DNA of 45,978 nt, taken from positions 1 through 45,978 of the forward strand of contig JAQWRR010000092.1 in the NCBI GenBank assembly GCA_029243585.1, given 5' to 3'. The position numbers and the translations under genes are program-made. The notes under the pieces were generated by a model. The model saw only the letters and a program-made list of their open reading frames with translations. It did no database searches and was not told the origin of the DNA. This document shows positions 38,558-45,978 of the stretch, piece by piece. How positions within the stretch are numbered: the stretch's first letter is position 1; each line of letters opens with the position of its first letter. Source of the DNA: Gammaproteobacteria bacterium (GTDB lineage Bacteria; Pseudomonadota; Gammaproteobacteria; Steroidobacterales; Rariloculaceae).

Positions 38558-38890
38558 TTAGGTATTTAGAGAATCAGGTGAGCTACACTGCCAACAGACA
38601 GCAAAATGACTCTCGTTGTTTTCTCCGCAATCAATACAGCGCCAACTTTTTTCACTTTCATGAAAGTTAAGAGTGGCTTTTAGAAGAGATTCGGCACGCA
38701 AAAAATCCTGATCTCGAATAATCCAAAGTTCTGGTAAGCAGTCTAAGAATGGGATCTCTCCTAAGCCTCCAGAGAGCTGTTCATTCTTGATTAAGCAATC
38801 AATTCCAGATTGCTCAAGAATATTTTTCAGGTGGCCGACCTGAGCAAGAGATTCAAAACTCATCAATCTTTTCATTATTAGAGCCCCCAT
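38558..38890 (-). CDS. DUF2007-like small protein with a C-terminal CxxC...CxxC zinc ribbon
   Basis: The DUF2007-type N-terminus reads L.NILEQSGI.C.IKNE. The C-terminus is WRCIDCGENNESHFAVCWQCSSP. ATG 38890 lies 1 nt after the trpA stop; ATG 38875 is an alternative start. Confidence 0.6.
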   Translation of the reverse strand: MGALIMKRLMSFESLAQVGHLKNILEQSGIDCLIKNEQLSGGLGEIPFLDCLPELWIIRDQDFLRAESLLKATLNFHESEKSWRCIDCGENNESHFAVCWQCSSPDSLNT

Positions 38891-38891
38891 T

Positions 38892-39653
38892 TCATGGGCG
38901 CAGATTCCGAAGAAACTCTCCAGGATTCTCACCTCTCTCAAGAGCCTCGACCAGAGCGGAACCAACAATTACTCCATCAGCATGCCTTGAAATCATTCGC
39001 ACCTGCTCACTTTTTCGAACCCCGAAACCAGCGCATACAGGCACCTTTGCGGCTTCTTTTACGGCAGCAAGATAGTCGGCCAGGTCCGCAGGAAATTGTG
39101 TTGCACTACCTGTAATGCCTGTCCTCGTGACGGCATAGACAAAACCTTGGCTGGCCTGACAAATTTCATTAAGGCGAATAGATGGGGTAGCTGGTGTAAC
39201 CAGTTGAATTAAAGCAATGCCCACCTTATCCAGTGATGTCTTAAACGGCATGCTTTCTTCGTATGGAAGATCTGGAATGATAAAGCCGCTTACGCCAACT
39301 TGTAGAGCTCGCGATGCAAGCTCGTCGAAACCAAAAGCAAGTAATGGGTTGAGATAGCTCATTAAAAGTAGTGGTGTATTACTTTTTATTGTTCTACTGC
39401 CTAGTTGATCCAGTATCCAGCTAAGGCTTACGCCATGTTCAATTGCTGCTTGACTAGACCGTTGAATAGTTACCCCGTCAGCCATTGGATCAGAGAAAGG
39501 GACACCTATTTCAACTGCATCAGCTGCCTCTGATACATCATAAAGAACATTAAGGAAATTTTTAGGCTCAGGATAGCCAGCCGTTAGGAAGGCAACAAGT
39601 GCAGATTCTTCAGATTTTTCTAGGGCATTCTTAAGGGCCTCATGCGGCAGCAT
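38892..39653 (-). CDS. trpA: Tryptophan synthase alpha chain
   Basis: It has ALVAFLTAGYPE, VEIGVPFSDPMADG, and GFGV. I chose the start at ATG 39653, which overlaps the trpB 3' end by 14 nt. The longer tracked ORF is a read-through of trpB antisense-free sequence. Confidence 0.9.
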   Translation of the reverse strand: MLPHEALKNALEKSEESALVAFLTAGYPEPKNFLNVLYDVSEAADAVEIGVPFSDPMADGVTIQRSSQAAIEHGVSLSWILDQLGSRTIKSNTPLLLMSYLNPLLAFGFDELASRALQVGVSGFIIPDLPYEESMPFKTSLDKVGIALIQLVTPATPSIRLNEICQASQGFVYAVTRTGITGSATQFPADLADYLAAVKEAAKVPVCAGFGVRKSEQVRMISRHADGVIVGSALVEALERGENPGEFLRNLRP

Positions 39654-40911
39654 TTTCAGCCCCTTCCGTATCATTTGTTTTGATGGGGTACTGGCTGAGT
39701 ATCGGCATATCCTTGTCTCCTCGTCCAGAAAGCCCGATAAGAATCCGTGCTCCTTGATTTGTTGAAGCCCAATGCCGAGCACCTGCGATAGCATGAGCCG
39801 TTTCTAGAGCAGGTAAAATTCCTTCTAACTCACAGCACTCCTGTAATGCATCTAAAGCCTCAGAATCTTTTGCGGTGACATACTTAACTCTGCCTACGAG
39901 CTTTAATAAGGCATGTTCAGGGCCAACTCCAGGATAATCTAGCCCTGCTGAAACAGAATGTGTTTCTTGGATTTGTCCATGATCGTCATACAATAAAAGG
40001 CTGTATGCACCATGTAGTACACCTGGACGTCCCGAACCTAGAGTAGCAGAGTGATCACCGAGATCATCGCCACGGCCCCCTGCTTCTACACCGATTAGAC
40101 TTATATTTTCCTCTCCTAGGAAACCATGAAAAAGACCAATCGCATTGGATCCTCCTCCAACACATGCAAAAACCGCATCAGGAAGACCTCCATGTGTTTC
40201 CAATTGTGATCTAGCCTCTCGGCCAATAACAGCTTGTAGTTCCCTAACCAAGAAAGGGTATGGATGCGGTCCTACAGCTGAGCCTAGAAGATAATAGGTA
40301 TCAACTGGATCGGAAACCCAGTCTCTGATAGCTTCATCGATGGCAGCACGTAGAGTGCGGTCACCAGAGTTAACTGAGACTACATTAGCGCCTAGACGTT
40401 TCATGCGATCAACATTTGGTGATTGCCTTTGTATATCAAGTTCGCCCATATAGACCACACATGGTAGCCCTACTCGTGCACAAGCTGCTGCTGAGGCAAC
40501 CCCATGTTGTCCCGCACCTGTTTCTGCAACGATTCTTGTTGCACCAAGTTCTTTGGCAAGCAAGGCTTGTCCAATTGCATTATTAATTTTATGTGCACCA
40601 GTTTGAGCGAGATCTTCGCGTTTAAACCAAACATCTGCACCCCAAGCTTTTGAAAGCCTAGCCGCGTGAGTTAATGCGGTGGGTCTTCCTACCCACTCTT
40701 TTAATTGTGAGGTTAGTTTGTGATTGAATGATTCGTCCGGAAGCAATCGGTGAACACCTTCAGTAAGCCGCTCAATTGCAGGCATTAAGGTTTCAGGGAC
40801 ATAGCGTCCTCCAAAAGGTCCAAAACGCCCAGAAGCATCGGGCAACTTTCCATCAACAAGCGCTCTCAATAGTTTCTTCTCATTTATTTCTTCGTTTGGT
40901 CGTATCATCAT
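39640..40911 (-). CDS. trpB: Tryptophan synthase beta chain
   Basis: It has GRFGPFGGRYVPETL, the PLP-lysine region LAQTGAHKINN, and GGGSNAIG. 423 aa. Confidence 0.95.
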   Translation of the reverse strand: MMIRPNEEINEKKLLRALVDGKLPDASGRFGPFGGRYVPETLMPAIERLTEGVHRLLPDESFNHKLTSQLKEWVGRPTALTHAARLSKAWGADVWFKREDLAQTGAHKINNAIGQALLAKELGATRIVAETGAGQHGVASAAACARVGLPCVVYMGELDIQRQSPNVDRMKRLGANVVSVNSGDRTLRAAIDEAIRDWVSDPVDTYYLLGSAVGPHPYPFLVRELQAVIGREARSQLETHGGLPDAVFACVGGGSNAIGLFHGFLGEENISLIGVEAGGRGDDLGDHSATLGSGRPGVLHGAYSLLLYDDHGQIQETHSVSAGLDYPGVGPEHALLKLVGRVKYVTAKDSEALDALQECCELEGILPALETAHAIAGARHWASTNQGARILIGLSGRGDKDMPILSQYPIKTNDTEGAENAAA

Positions 40912-41492
40912 TGCTCCGTCGCCCGCACCTGGGCGATAAACTCTCGAATTTTAGATGGATCTTTAGTTCCATGGGCAACTTCAACGCCGCTGGATACGTC
41001 AACTCCCCATGGAGATACTGATTTGATTGCTATCTCAACATTTTTAGCGGTAAGACCACCCGCGAGAATCAACTGTGTACTAGTTGCTGCAAGTGCAGCT
41101 TCTTCCCAGTTGGCTTTTTCACCAGCTCCGCTGTTCATCCCTTCAAAAAGCATAGGTCGCGGTAATTTTTTTTGCTCAGATACATGCCCTGTCCGAAATA
41201 CTGGCAGCGACTTACAGCCTCCAAGGTTGAGTGATTTGAAATCTTCATGTTCTGTTTGAAGCCAGTCCGGGGCAAATACAGATTTCACTTCGTCCCACTC
41301 ATTTGGCGTAGGGTGACGCATTACCGCTACTCGAATTATATGATCTCCAATATTTTTACATAAGGAAAGCGCACGATCAGGGCTTATCTTTCTTGGCGAG
41401 CTGGCAAAGACAAAACCCAATGCATCTGCACCAGCAGATATCGCTGCCTTTACATCTTTTTCTGTGCTTAGGCCACAGATTTTTATGAACAT
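40908..41492 (-). CDS. trpF: Phosphoribosylanthranilate isomerase (monofunctional)
   Basis: It has the MFIKICGL N-terminus, GADALGFVF, LAGGL and GVDVSSGVE. 194 aa, separate from trpC. Confidence 0.9.
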   Translation of the reverse strand: MFIKICGLSTEKDVKAAISAGADALGFVFASSPRKISPDRALSLCKNIGDHIIRVAVMRHPTPNEWDEVKSVFAPDWLQTEHEDFKSLNLGGCKSLPVFRTGHVSEQKKLPRPMLFEGMNSGAGEKANWEEAALAATSTQLILAGGLTAKNVEIAIKSVSPWGVDVSSGVEVAHGTKDPSKIREFIAQVRATEQ

Positions 41493-42346
41493 GTAGCGCC
41501 ACCAAGCTCGTTAAACCCCGCTTGTTTTAGCGATGCCAATCTATCAGCAGTATTTTCAGCACGCATAAGTGCTGATCCAATTAGAGCAGTTTTATACCCT
41601 AGCCTTACAATCGCTTTTATTTCTTCTGAAGTGCTAATACCGCTTTCAGCTACTGAATGCAGTGTCGGTGGTATATGAGCTGCTAGTTGCCTAAAACGAT
41701 CAAAATCAACCTCTAGAGTTTTGAGGTTTCGGCAATTAATGCCACACAGTACCGGGACTGTGTAATGGTCGCTTATATTCATAGCTGACGTACGTTCCAG
41801 GTCATCTTGATCAAAACATTCCAAAAGGACAAAAAGCCCTAGTTCATTGGCACAACTTAATAACGAGTTCACTTCTGAGTCACTTAATGGAGCAACAATA
41901 GCAAGGATGCCGCTAGCGCCGGCTGCACGAGACTCTAGCACCTGATAAGGGTCGGTAAGAAAGTCTTTTCGCATAGTTGGAATGCCTCTATTAAACAGTG
42001 AGGCTGATGCATCATAAAGGTCTTTTAAGGAGCCTTTGAATTCATCGGGCTCTGTCAAAATGGAGATAGCAGCAGCACCACCTTTGGCATAAGCCTCAAG
42101 CTGTGCGTCATGTGAAAAACCACTATCCACAAGATTACCCATGGCTGGTGATCGCCGCTTTAATTCAGCTATGACGCTAAAACCACTTAACTTTAGTGGG
42201 GGTGGGCTAGGCATTGCAGCGGCACGATTAAGGAGAGCCCCCTCTGCTTCTTTGGTTTTAGCTTCTTTTGCACGAAGTCGACTAGCGTGGGCCATTTTTT
42301 CCAAGAACGATCCTTTGCTAGCTTTGTGAGAAGTATTGTTTTTCAT
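41483..42346 (-). CDS. trpC: Indole-3-glycerol phosphate synthase (monofunctional)
   Basis: It has VIAELKRRSPAMG, AISILTEPDEFKGS, RKDF, GINCRNL and ESGI. Confidence 0.9.
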   Translation of the reverse strand: MKNNTSHKASKGSFLEKMAHASRLRAKEAKTKEAEGALLNRAAAMPSPPPLKLSGFSVIAELKRRSPAMGNLVDSGFSHDAQLEAYAKGGAAAISILTEPDEFKGSLKDLYDASASLFNRGIPTMRKDFLTDPYQVLESRAAGASGILAIVAPLSDSEVNSLLSCANELGLFVLLECFDQDDLERTSAMNISDHYTVPVLCGINCRNLKTLEVDFDRFRQLAAHIPPTLHSVAESGISTSEEIKAIVRLGYKTALIGSALMRAENTADRLASLKQAGFNELGGATCS

Positions 42347-42351
42347 TGGTT

Positions 42352-43383
42352 TTATCTTTGACCAAAAGATTCCATTTGTTCAATGAAGTTTTTACCATGC
42401 CCATCATTAAGCGCATTGCGCGCTTCATGAACACCACTTTCTGGGTTTGAGACGGCACCGGTTACTTCTAAAGCCAAAGCTGCACCAAGAATTAATGCTT
42501 CTCGATGAGCGTTACTATCACCATTGCACAATGCGCTGCGCAAACGTTTTGCATTTTCTTCTGGTGTGCCCCCTTTTAGATCAGTCGCTGTGCAACGGGC
42601 TAGGCCATAATCTGCAGGGTCTCGAACAGTTTTTGTTACTAATCCAGGACGAACATCGAAGCATAGGAAAGGACCTACCGGCGTAGGCTCATCCCACCCA
42701 GGCGCGCCGTGTACAACAAAACTGCGCTTTGCATCTAATCCGGATAACGTATTTGCCATTAACTCTGCCATCGACTCACTGTAAGCGCCAATCACATGAA
42801 AAGGAGGGCATGCTGGGTTTGCTAAGGGCCCTAGAATATTGAAAATTGTTCTTACCCCAAGTGCTTGACGTACAGGTGCAATAGCTTTCATAGCAGGATG
42901 ATAACTAGGCGCAAATAGAAAAGTGAATCCTAGTTCATCCAAACAATCTATGATTTGTTGTCCATCCATAGGAACTGGTAGTCCAAGTGCTTTTAAGACG
43001 TCAGCACTACCTGATAGACTGGAGACTGACCGGTTCCCATGTTTCAAAACTTTTGCGCCACACACAGCAGCAAGCAGTGCGCTACCTGTGGAAAGATTCA
43101 AACTGCCAGAACCATCTCCTCCTGTGCCGACTATGTCTACGTATGGTTCCCCGTCTGGCAGAGATGGTTTGATAGCAAGCTCACGCATTGCATTTGCAAA
43201 TCCACGAATTTCAGATGTAGCTTCACCTTTTGCTCGGAGTGCAACGAGCAACCCGCCAGCGAGGGCAAGCGGCAAATCACCTGAGGCCATTCCATTTAAT
43301 ATAGAAGCTGATTCTTCCTCGGTGAGATCAGTTTTTGCAATAACCTTCTCAAGTAAGCTTGTAGCCTGTGAGCTCATTGCCAT
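42352..43383 (-). CDS. trpD: Anthranilate phosphoribosyltransferase
   Basis: It has DIVGTGGDG, LKHGNRS.SS.SGSADVLKALG, and NILGPLANP. Confidence 0.93.
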   Translation of the reverse strand: MAMSSQATSLLEKVIAKTDLTEEESASILNGMASGDLPLALAGGLLVALRAKGEATSEIRGFANAMRELAIKPSLPDGEPYVDIVGTGGDGSGSLNLSTGSALLAAVCGAKVLKHGNRSVSSLSGSADVLKALGLPVPMDGQQIIDCLDELGFTFLFAPSYHPAMKAIAPVRQALGVRTIFNILGPLANPACPPFHVIGAYSESMAELMANTLSGLDAKRSFVVHGAPGWDEPTPVGPFLCFDVRPGLVTKTVRDPADYGLARCTATDLKGGTPEENAKRLRSALCNGDSNAHREALILGAALALEVTGAVSNPESGVHEARNALNDGHGKNFIEQMESFGQR

Positions 43384-43397
43384 CCTCCAGATGCTAA

Positions 43398-43982
43398 CTA
43401 GATGTTCCGTTCAGGGTAGAGAAAGTTTTCAAGTACTTTTGGGCCATTAGGTGTCAGCACGCTCTCGGGGTGAAACTGCACACCTTCAATCGGTAACGTT
43501 TTGTGGCGCACTCCCATAATCTCTCCCTCTTTTGTTTTTGCCGTTATGGTTAGGTTCTGTGGAACCTCGTCTCGCTTTGCGGCAAGAGAGTGATAACGCC
43601 CTACCTCAAAGGGATTAGGGAGAGATCTATAGACTGCTTTGCCATCATGCTCAATCTGGGATGTTTTTCCATGCATTAAGTTTTGTGCCGCAACTATCAA
43701 ACCACCGAAATGCTCAACAATGCATTGGTGCCCTAAGCAAACACCAAGCACAGGAGTTTTATCAGAAAAATACTCAATCATTTCAAGTGATACTCCCGCA
43801 TCAGATGGACGACCAGGGCCTGGAGAAATAACCAAATGTGTCGGAGAGATGCGAGCCGCAGATGCCACATCGATGGCATCATTACGATGGACAATCACAT
43901 TTGCATCTAGCATTAAAAAAGCTTGTACGAGGTTGTAGGTGAAGGAGTCATAATTGTCAATTAAGAGGAGTCGCACTTTCAT
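43398..43982 (-). CDS. trpG: Anthranilate synthase component II (glutamine amidotransferase)
   Basis: It has LLIDNYDSFTYNL, the catalytic GVCLGHQ, and FHPES. It overlaps trpE as ATGA. Confidence 0.9.
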   Translation of the reverse strand: MKVRLLLIDNYDSFTYNLVQAFLMLDANVIVHRNDAIDVASAARISPTHLVISPGPGRPSDAGVSLEMIEYFSDKTPVLGVCLGHQCIVEHFGGLIVAAQNLMHGKTSQIEHDGKAVYRSLPNPFEVGRYHSLAAKRDEVPQNLTITAKTKEGEIMGVRHKTLPIEGVQFHPESVLTPNGPKVLENFLYPERNI

Positions 43983-45382
43983 ATGCCTTCCTCCGCGATC
44001 TCGAGCGCGCGTCTTAGGATAGCGCTCTTGGCAAGTACCTCTTGATATTCGTGTTCAGGGTTACTATCAGCAACTATTCCTGCGCCCGCCTGAAAGCTAT
44101 ATTCATTTTTATTGAACACCATCGTTCTTATAGTTATAGCTTGGTCCATATTGCCGTTCTTAGCTATATAGCCCATTGTGCCTCCGTATAGACCCCGGCT
44201 AATTGGTTCCATCTCGGCAATCAATTCCATAGCTCTAACTTTTGGAGCACCTACTAGAGTTCCTGCAGGAAAGGCTGCAGCGAAAAGGTCTAAAGCATCA
44301 TGTTGTTCTTCCAGGGTCCCGCGTACTCCACTAACAATGTGCATGACATGACTATATCTCTCAATTTTTAGATAAGGATCTACTTTGACAGTTCCAGATT
44401 GCGCAACTCTACCAAGATCGTTTCTAGCCAAATCAACGAGCATGACGTGTTCCGCATTTTCTTTTGGATCTTCGAGTAATTCGACCTCTAATGCCTTATC
44501 TAGTTTTGTGGTTTCTCCTCTTGGTCGTGTTCCAGCAATTGGCCTTAGCGAGGCTTCACGGTTTTCTAACCGGACTAATGCCTCAGGAGATGAGCCAGAA
44601 ATCTTTAGGTCACCAAGCTCAAAGAAAAACATATAGGGCGATGGATTGAGTAGTCTCATTGCCCGATAGCATTGAAATGGTTGCAAGTCTGTTTTTCCTG
44701 AAAATCGTACTGATAAGACAATTTGTAATATGTCTCCCGCTGTAATATGAGTTTTGCAACGTTTAACCTTTGAAATGAATTCTTGTTTTTTCAGACTAGC
44801 TTCTGCTTCTGAAAAAATTGCCTTTTTTTCCAGAGGTGAGATGACTGAGGCTTCATTAATATTTTCGCGCAAAGCATCAACTATTTTTTTACGTAGTTCT
44901 TTGCGCTCGTGTTCGGTACCAGAGTGCAGTAAGGCGACACGCCGAGTTAGGTGATCAAAAACGAGTAATGATTCGGGCGCTAATAATGATGCCTGTGGCA
45001 ATCCCTTTAGTTCTGTTTGAGTGGCGGGTACTCTTTCAAAATAGCGAACAATGTCATACCCATATGCTCCAACTAGTCCTCCAGAAAATGGTAGGCCCTC
45101 AATTTTGGGGTAAAGATCTGGACTAGCGGCAAGTGTTTCACGCAAGACTTTTAACCACTCAACACGATTTTTTGGACGTTTCTGAGTTTCTCCATTGAGA
45201 ACCAGACGGTCCGAATAAAGTTCCAGTGTTGGTCCAATACCGAACCCTAAAAATGAGTATCGTGCCAACCGTTCTCCACCCTCCACACTTTCAAGCAGAA
45301 AGCGTGGATTAAACTTTCGCAGCTTTATATATGCTGATACTGGTGTATCTAGGTCTGCTACGATATCAAATGGTGCCTGCAC
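43979..45382 (-). CDS. trpE: Anthranilate synthase component I
   Basis: It has the Trp-feedback site LLESVEGGERLARYSF, and GTRPRG, GAGIVADS. I prefer GTG 45382 (GGAG 8 nt upstream), because the tracked TTG at 45403 is the last three nt of the upstream terminator U-tract. Confidence 0.92.
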   Translation of the reverse strand: MQAPFDIVADLDTPVSAYIKLRKFNPRFLLESVEGGERLARYSFLGFGIGPTLELYSDRLVLNGETQKRPKNRVEWLKVLRETLAASPDLYPKIEGLPFSGGLVGAYGYDIVRYFERVPATQTELKGLPQASLLAPESLLVFDHLTRRVALLHSGTEHERKELRKKIVDALRENINEASVISPLEKKAIFSEAEASLKKQEFISKVKRCKTHITAGDILQIVLSVRFSGKTDLQPFQCYRAMRLLNPSPYMFFFELGDLKISGSSPEALVRLENREASLRPIAGTRPRGETTKLDKALEVELLEDPKENAEHVMLVDLARNDLGRVAQSGTVKVDPYLKIERYSHVMHIVSGVRGTLEEQHDALDLFAAAFPAGTLVGAPKVRAMELIAEMEPISRGLYGGTMGYIAKNGNMDQAITIRTMVFNKNEYSFQAGAGIVADSNPEHEYQEVLAKSAILRRALEIAEEGI

Positions 45383-45401
45383 AATTTTTTCTCCAGCCGC
45401 C

Positions 45402-45441
45402 AAAAAACAAAAAACCCATATCCGTAGGTGCGGAGATGGGT
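45402..45441 (-). terminator. Intrinsic terminator of a trp attenuator, immediately 5' of trpE
   Basis: On the minus-strand RNA: AAACCCAUCUCCG-CACCUA-CGGAUAUGGGUUU (12 of 13 positions paired, GC-rich core), followed by UUUGUUUUUU, so that the 3' arm and tail read UUUUUUGUUUUUU. Confidence 0.72.
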
Positions 45442-45473
45442 TTGCATGTTCGAATTAGACTCTTTTGGTCAGA

Positions 45474-45554
45474 TTACGCGCGCCGTACCCTCTCCGCTGA
45501 TAAGCTTAGCCAACAGCGTCTTACGAAGGAATGGGTGTTCACACGAAATTTCAT
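45474..45554 (-). CDS. trpL: Candidate trp leader peptide (26 codons, single Trp codon at position 15)
   Basis: ATG 45554 gives MKFRVNTHSFVRRCWLSLSAERVRRA, ending at TAA 45474-45476. The UGG is at 45510-45512. The antiterminator arm lies in codons 20-23, just before the stop. There is no obvious SD and only one Trp codon, so translation is unproven. Confidence 0.4.
   Translation of the reverse strand: MKFRVNTHSFVRRCWLSLSAERVRRA
45487..45497 (-). promoter_or_regulatory. Antiterminator arm complementary to the 5' arm of the trp terminator
   Basis: RNA GCGGAGAGGGU pairs with ACCC-A-UCUCCGC (45428-45439) as 11 bp with one bulged A. This is mutually exclusive with the terminator stem. Confidence 0.5.
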
Positions 45555-45561
45555 AGTGGGA

Positions 45562-45591
45562 AGTATGTCCCTAGGGGCTCTTGAGGGTCAA
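45562..45591 (-). promoter_or_regulatory. Possible sigma-70 promoter for the trp leader (TTGACC-N18-CATACT)
   Basis: Read on the minus strand. The spacer contains the palindrome CCCTAGGG. It would place the transcription start only a few nt before the leader ATG. Confidence 0.25.
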
Positions 45592-45614
45592 GACCGAAAA
45601 ACCAGTATTAAGGC

Positions 45615-45902
45615 TTAAAGGTCGTATAGAAAGGGCAGGATTATGGAAAAACCTACCCAAATTATCAGTATCAGAGGAATACCTGCTCTTACAAAATCAG
45701 TGGCTTTATACCCTCCAGCAGATAGCAATAATAAATTTGTCTTGTAGCCAAAAGCAGTTGCAAAACTCATATTAGCCCCAAAAATAACCGCAAGAATAAA
45801 AGGTTCTAGTGAGGTTCCAAGCTGTTCAGCAATTTGAATAGCGACTGGCGCACCGATAACTCCGATTGCATTATTTGAAACCATATTAGTAAGAATTGTC
45901 AT
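45615..45902 (-). pseudogene. C-terminal fragment of an SLC13/DASS (citrate-transporter-like) permease
   Basis: The 95 aa (LTNMVSNNAIGVIGAPVAIQIAEQLG..PFILAVIFGANMSFATAFGYKTNLLLLSAGGYKATDFVRAGIPL) match the last ~3 TM helices of this family. The frame is closed by TAG at 45924-45926, just upstream of the first ATG. A different frame is open to the window edge. It is either a frameshifted or truncated gene, or a sequence error. Confidence 0.45.
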
Positions 45903-45978
45903 GGCTATTGGGCAAATCGGGCACTAATATCTCATTTTGTATTTGCTCTATACCCCCTAAATAACATGGTGTTTCAAC

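Noticed and set aside
45331-45618. A 95-aa plus-strand ORF spanning the trpE 5' end and the leader region.
   Set aside because: It is antisense to the terminator/antiterminator structure and to the trpE start, and its low-complexity translation has no motifs. It is best explained as a chance ORF.
45404-45620. T-box riboswitch or TRAP-binding (GAG/UAG repeat) leader as the alternative mechanism for the trp attenuator.
   Set aside because: GAGAGGGUACGGCGCG is only loosely reminiscent of the T-box consensus (GGGUGGUACCGCG). I could not find a Stem I with a UGG specifier loop or a GA/K-turn motif. The leader is only about 150-200 nt, and there is no array of regularly spaced (G/U)AG triplets. 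The ribosome-mediated model fits the spacing better.

Overview
This 46 kb window is an origin-proximal chromosomal segment (recF-gyrB at the left edge) of a moderately AT-rich gammaproteobacterium. Local gene order resembles Pseudomonas/Cellvibrionales-type genomes: recF-gyrB / plsC-gmhB-glyRS, GS-ntrBC, trmL / gpsA-secB-grx-rhodanese / envC-ctpA, hemXY, ubiD, dapF-DUF484-xerC, hslVU, ubiE-ubiJ-ubiB, and a complete trpEGDCFBA operon. It is almost entirely housekeeping. I see no rRNA, tRNA, CRISPR array, IS element, integrase-bounded island or recognisable defence system.

The most interesting signals are ones the ORF track does not show:
- An uncalled SelW-like/Rdx selenoprotein gene (19904-20140) with an in-frame UGA at a CxxU motif and a SECIS-like hairpin. 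It sits in a compact cluster of small genes flanked by decayed genes.
- A trp leader upstream of trpE with a strong intrinsic terminator, a mutually exclusive antiterminator and a 26-codon leader ORF carrying one Trp codon. The tracked TTG start of trpE lies inside the terminator U-tract.
- gpsA, whose Rossmann motif lies upstream of the first ATG, with no ATG/GTG/TTG/CTG available in frame (probable ATT start).
- Non-orthologous or unusual housekeeping genes at conserved loci: alpha2-type GlyRS in place of glyQ/glyS, type II glutamine synthetase in the glnA slot upstream of ntrBC, a class 1B-like PyrD without PyrK, a DRG-like TGS GTPase with a DLPP G3 motif, and an orphan lpxA coupled to a Gfo/Idh/MocA dehydrogenase.
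- Three gene remnants: GNAT, an RRM RNA-binding protein, and an SLC13-type permease.

All calls come from reading the sequence and from remembered family motifs. No database search was run.
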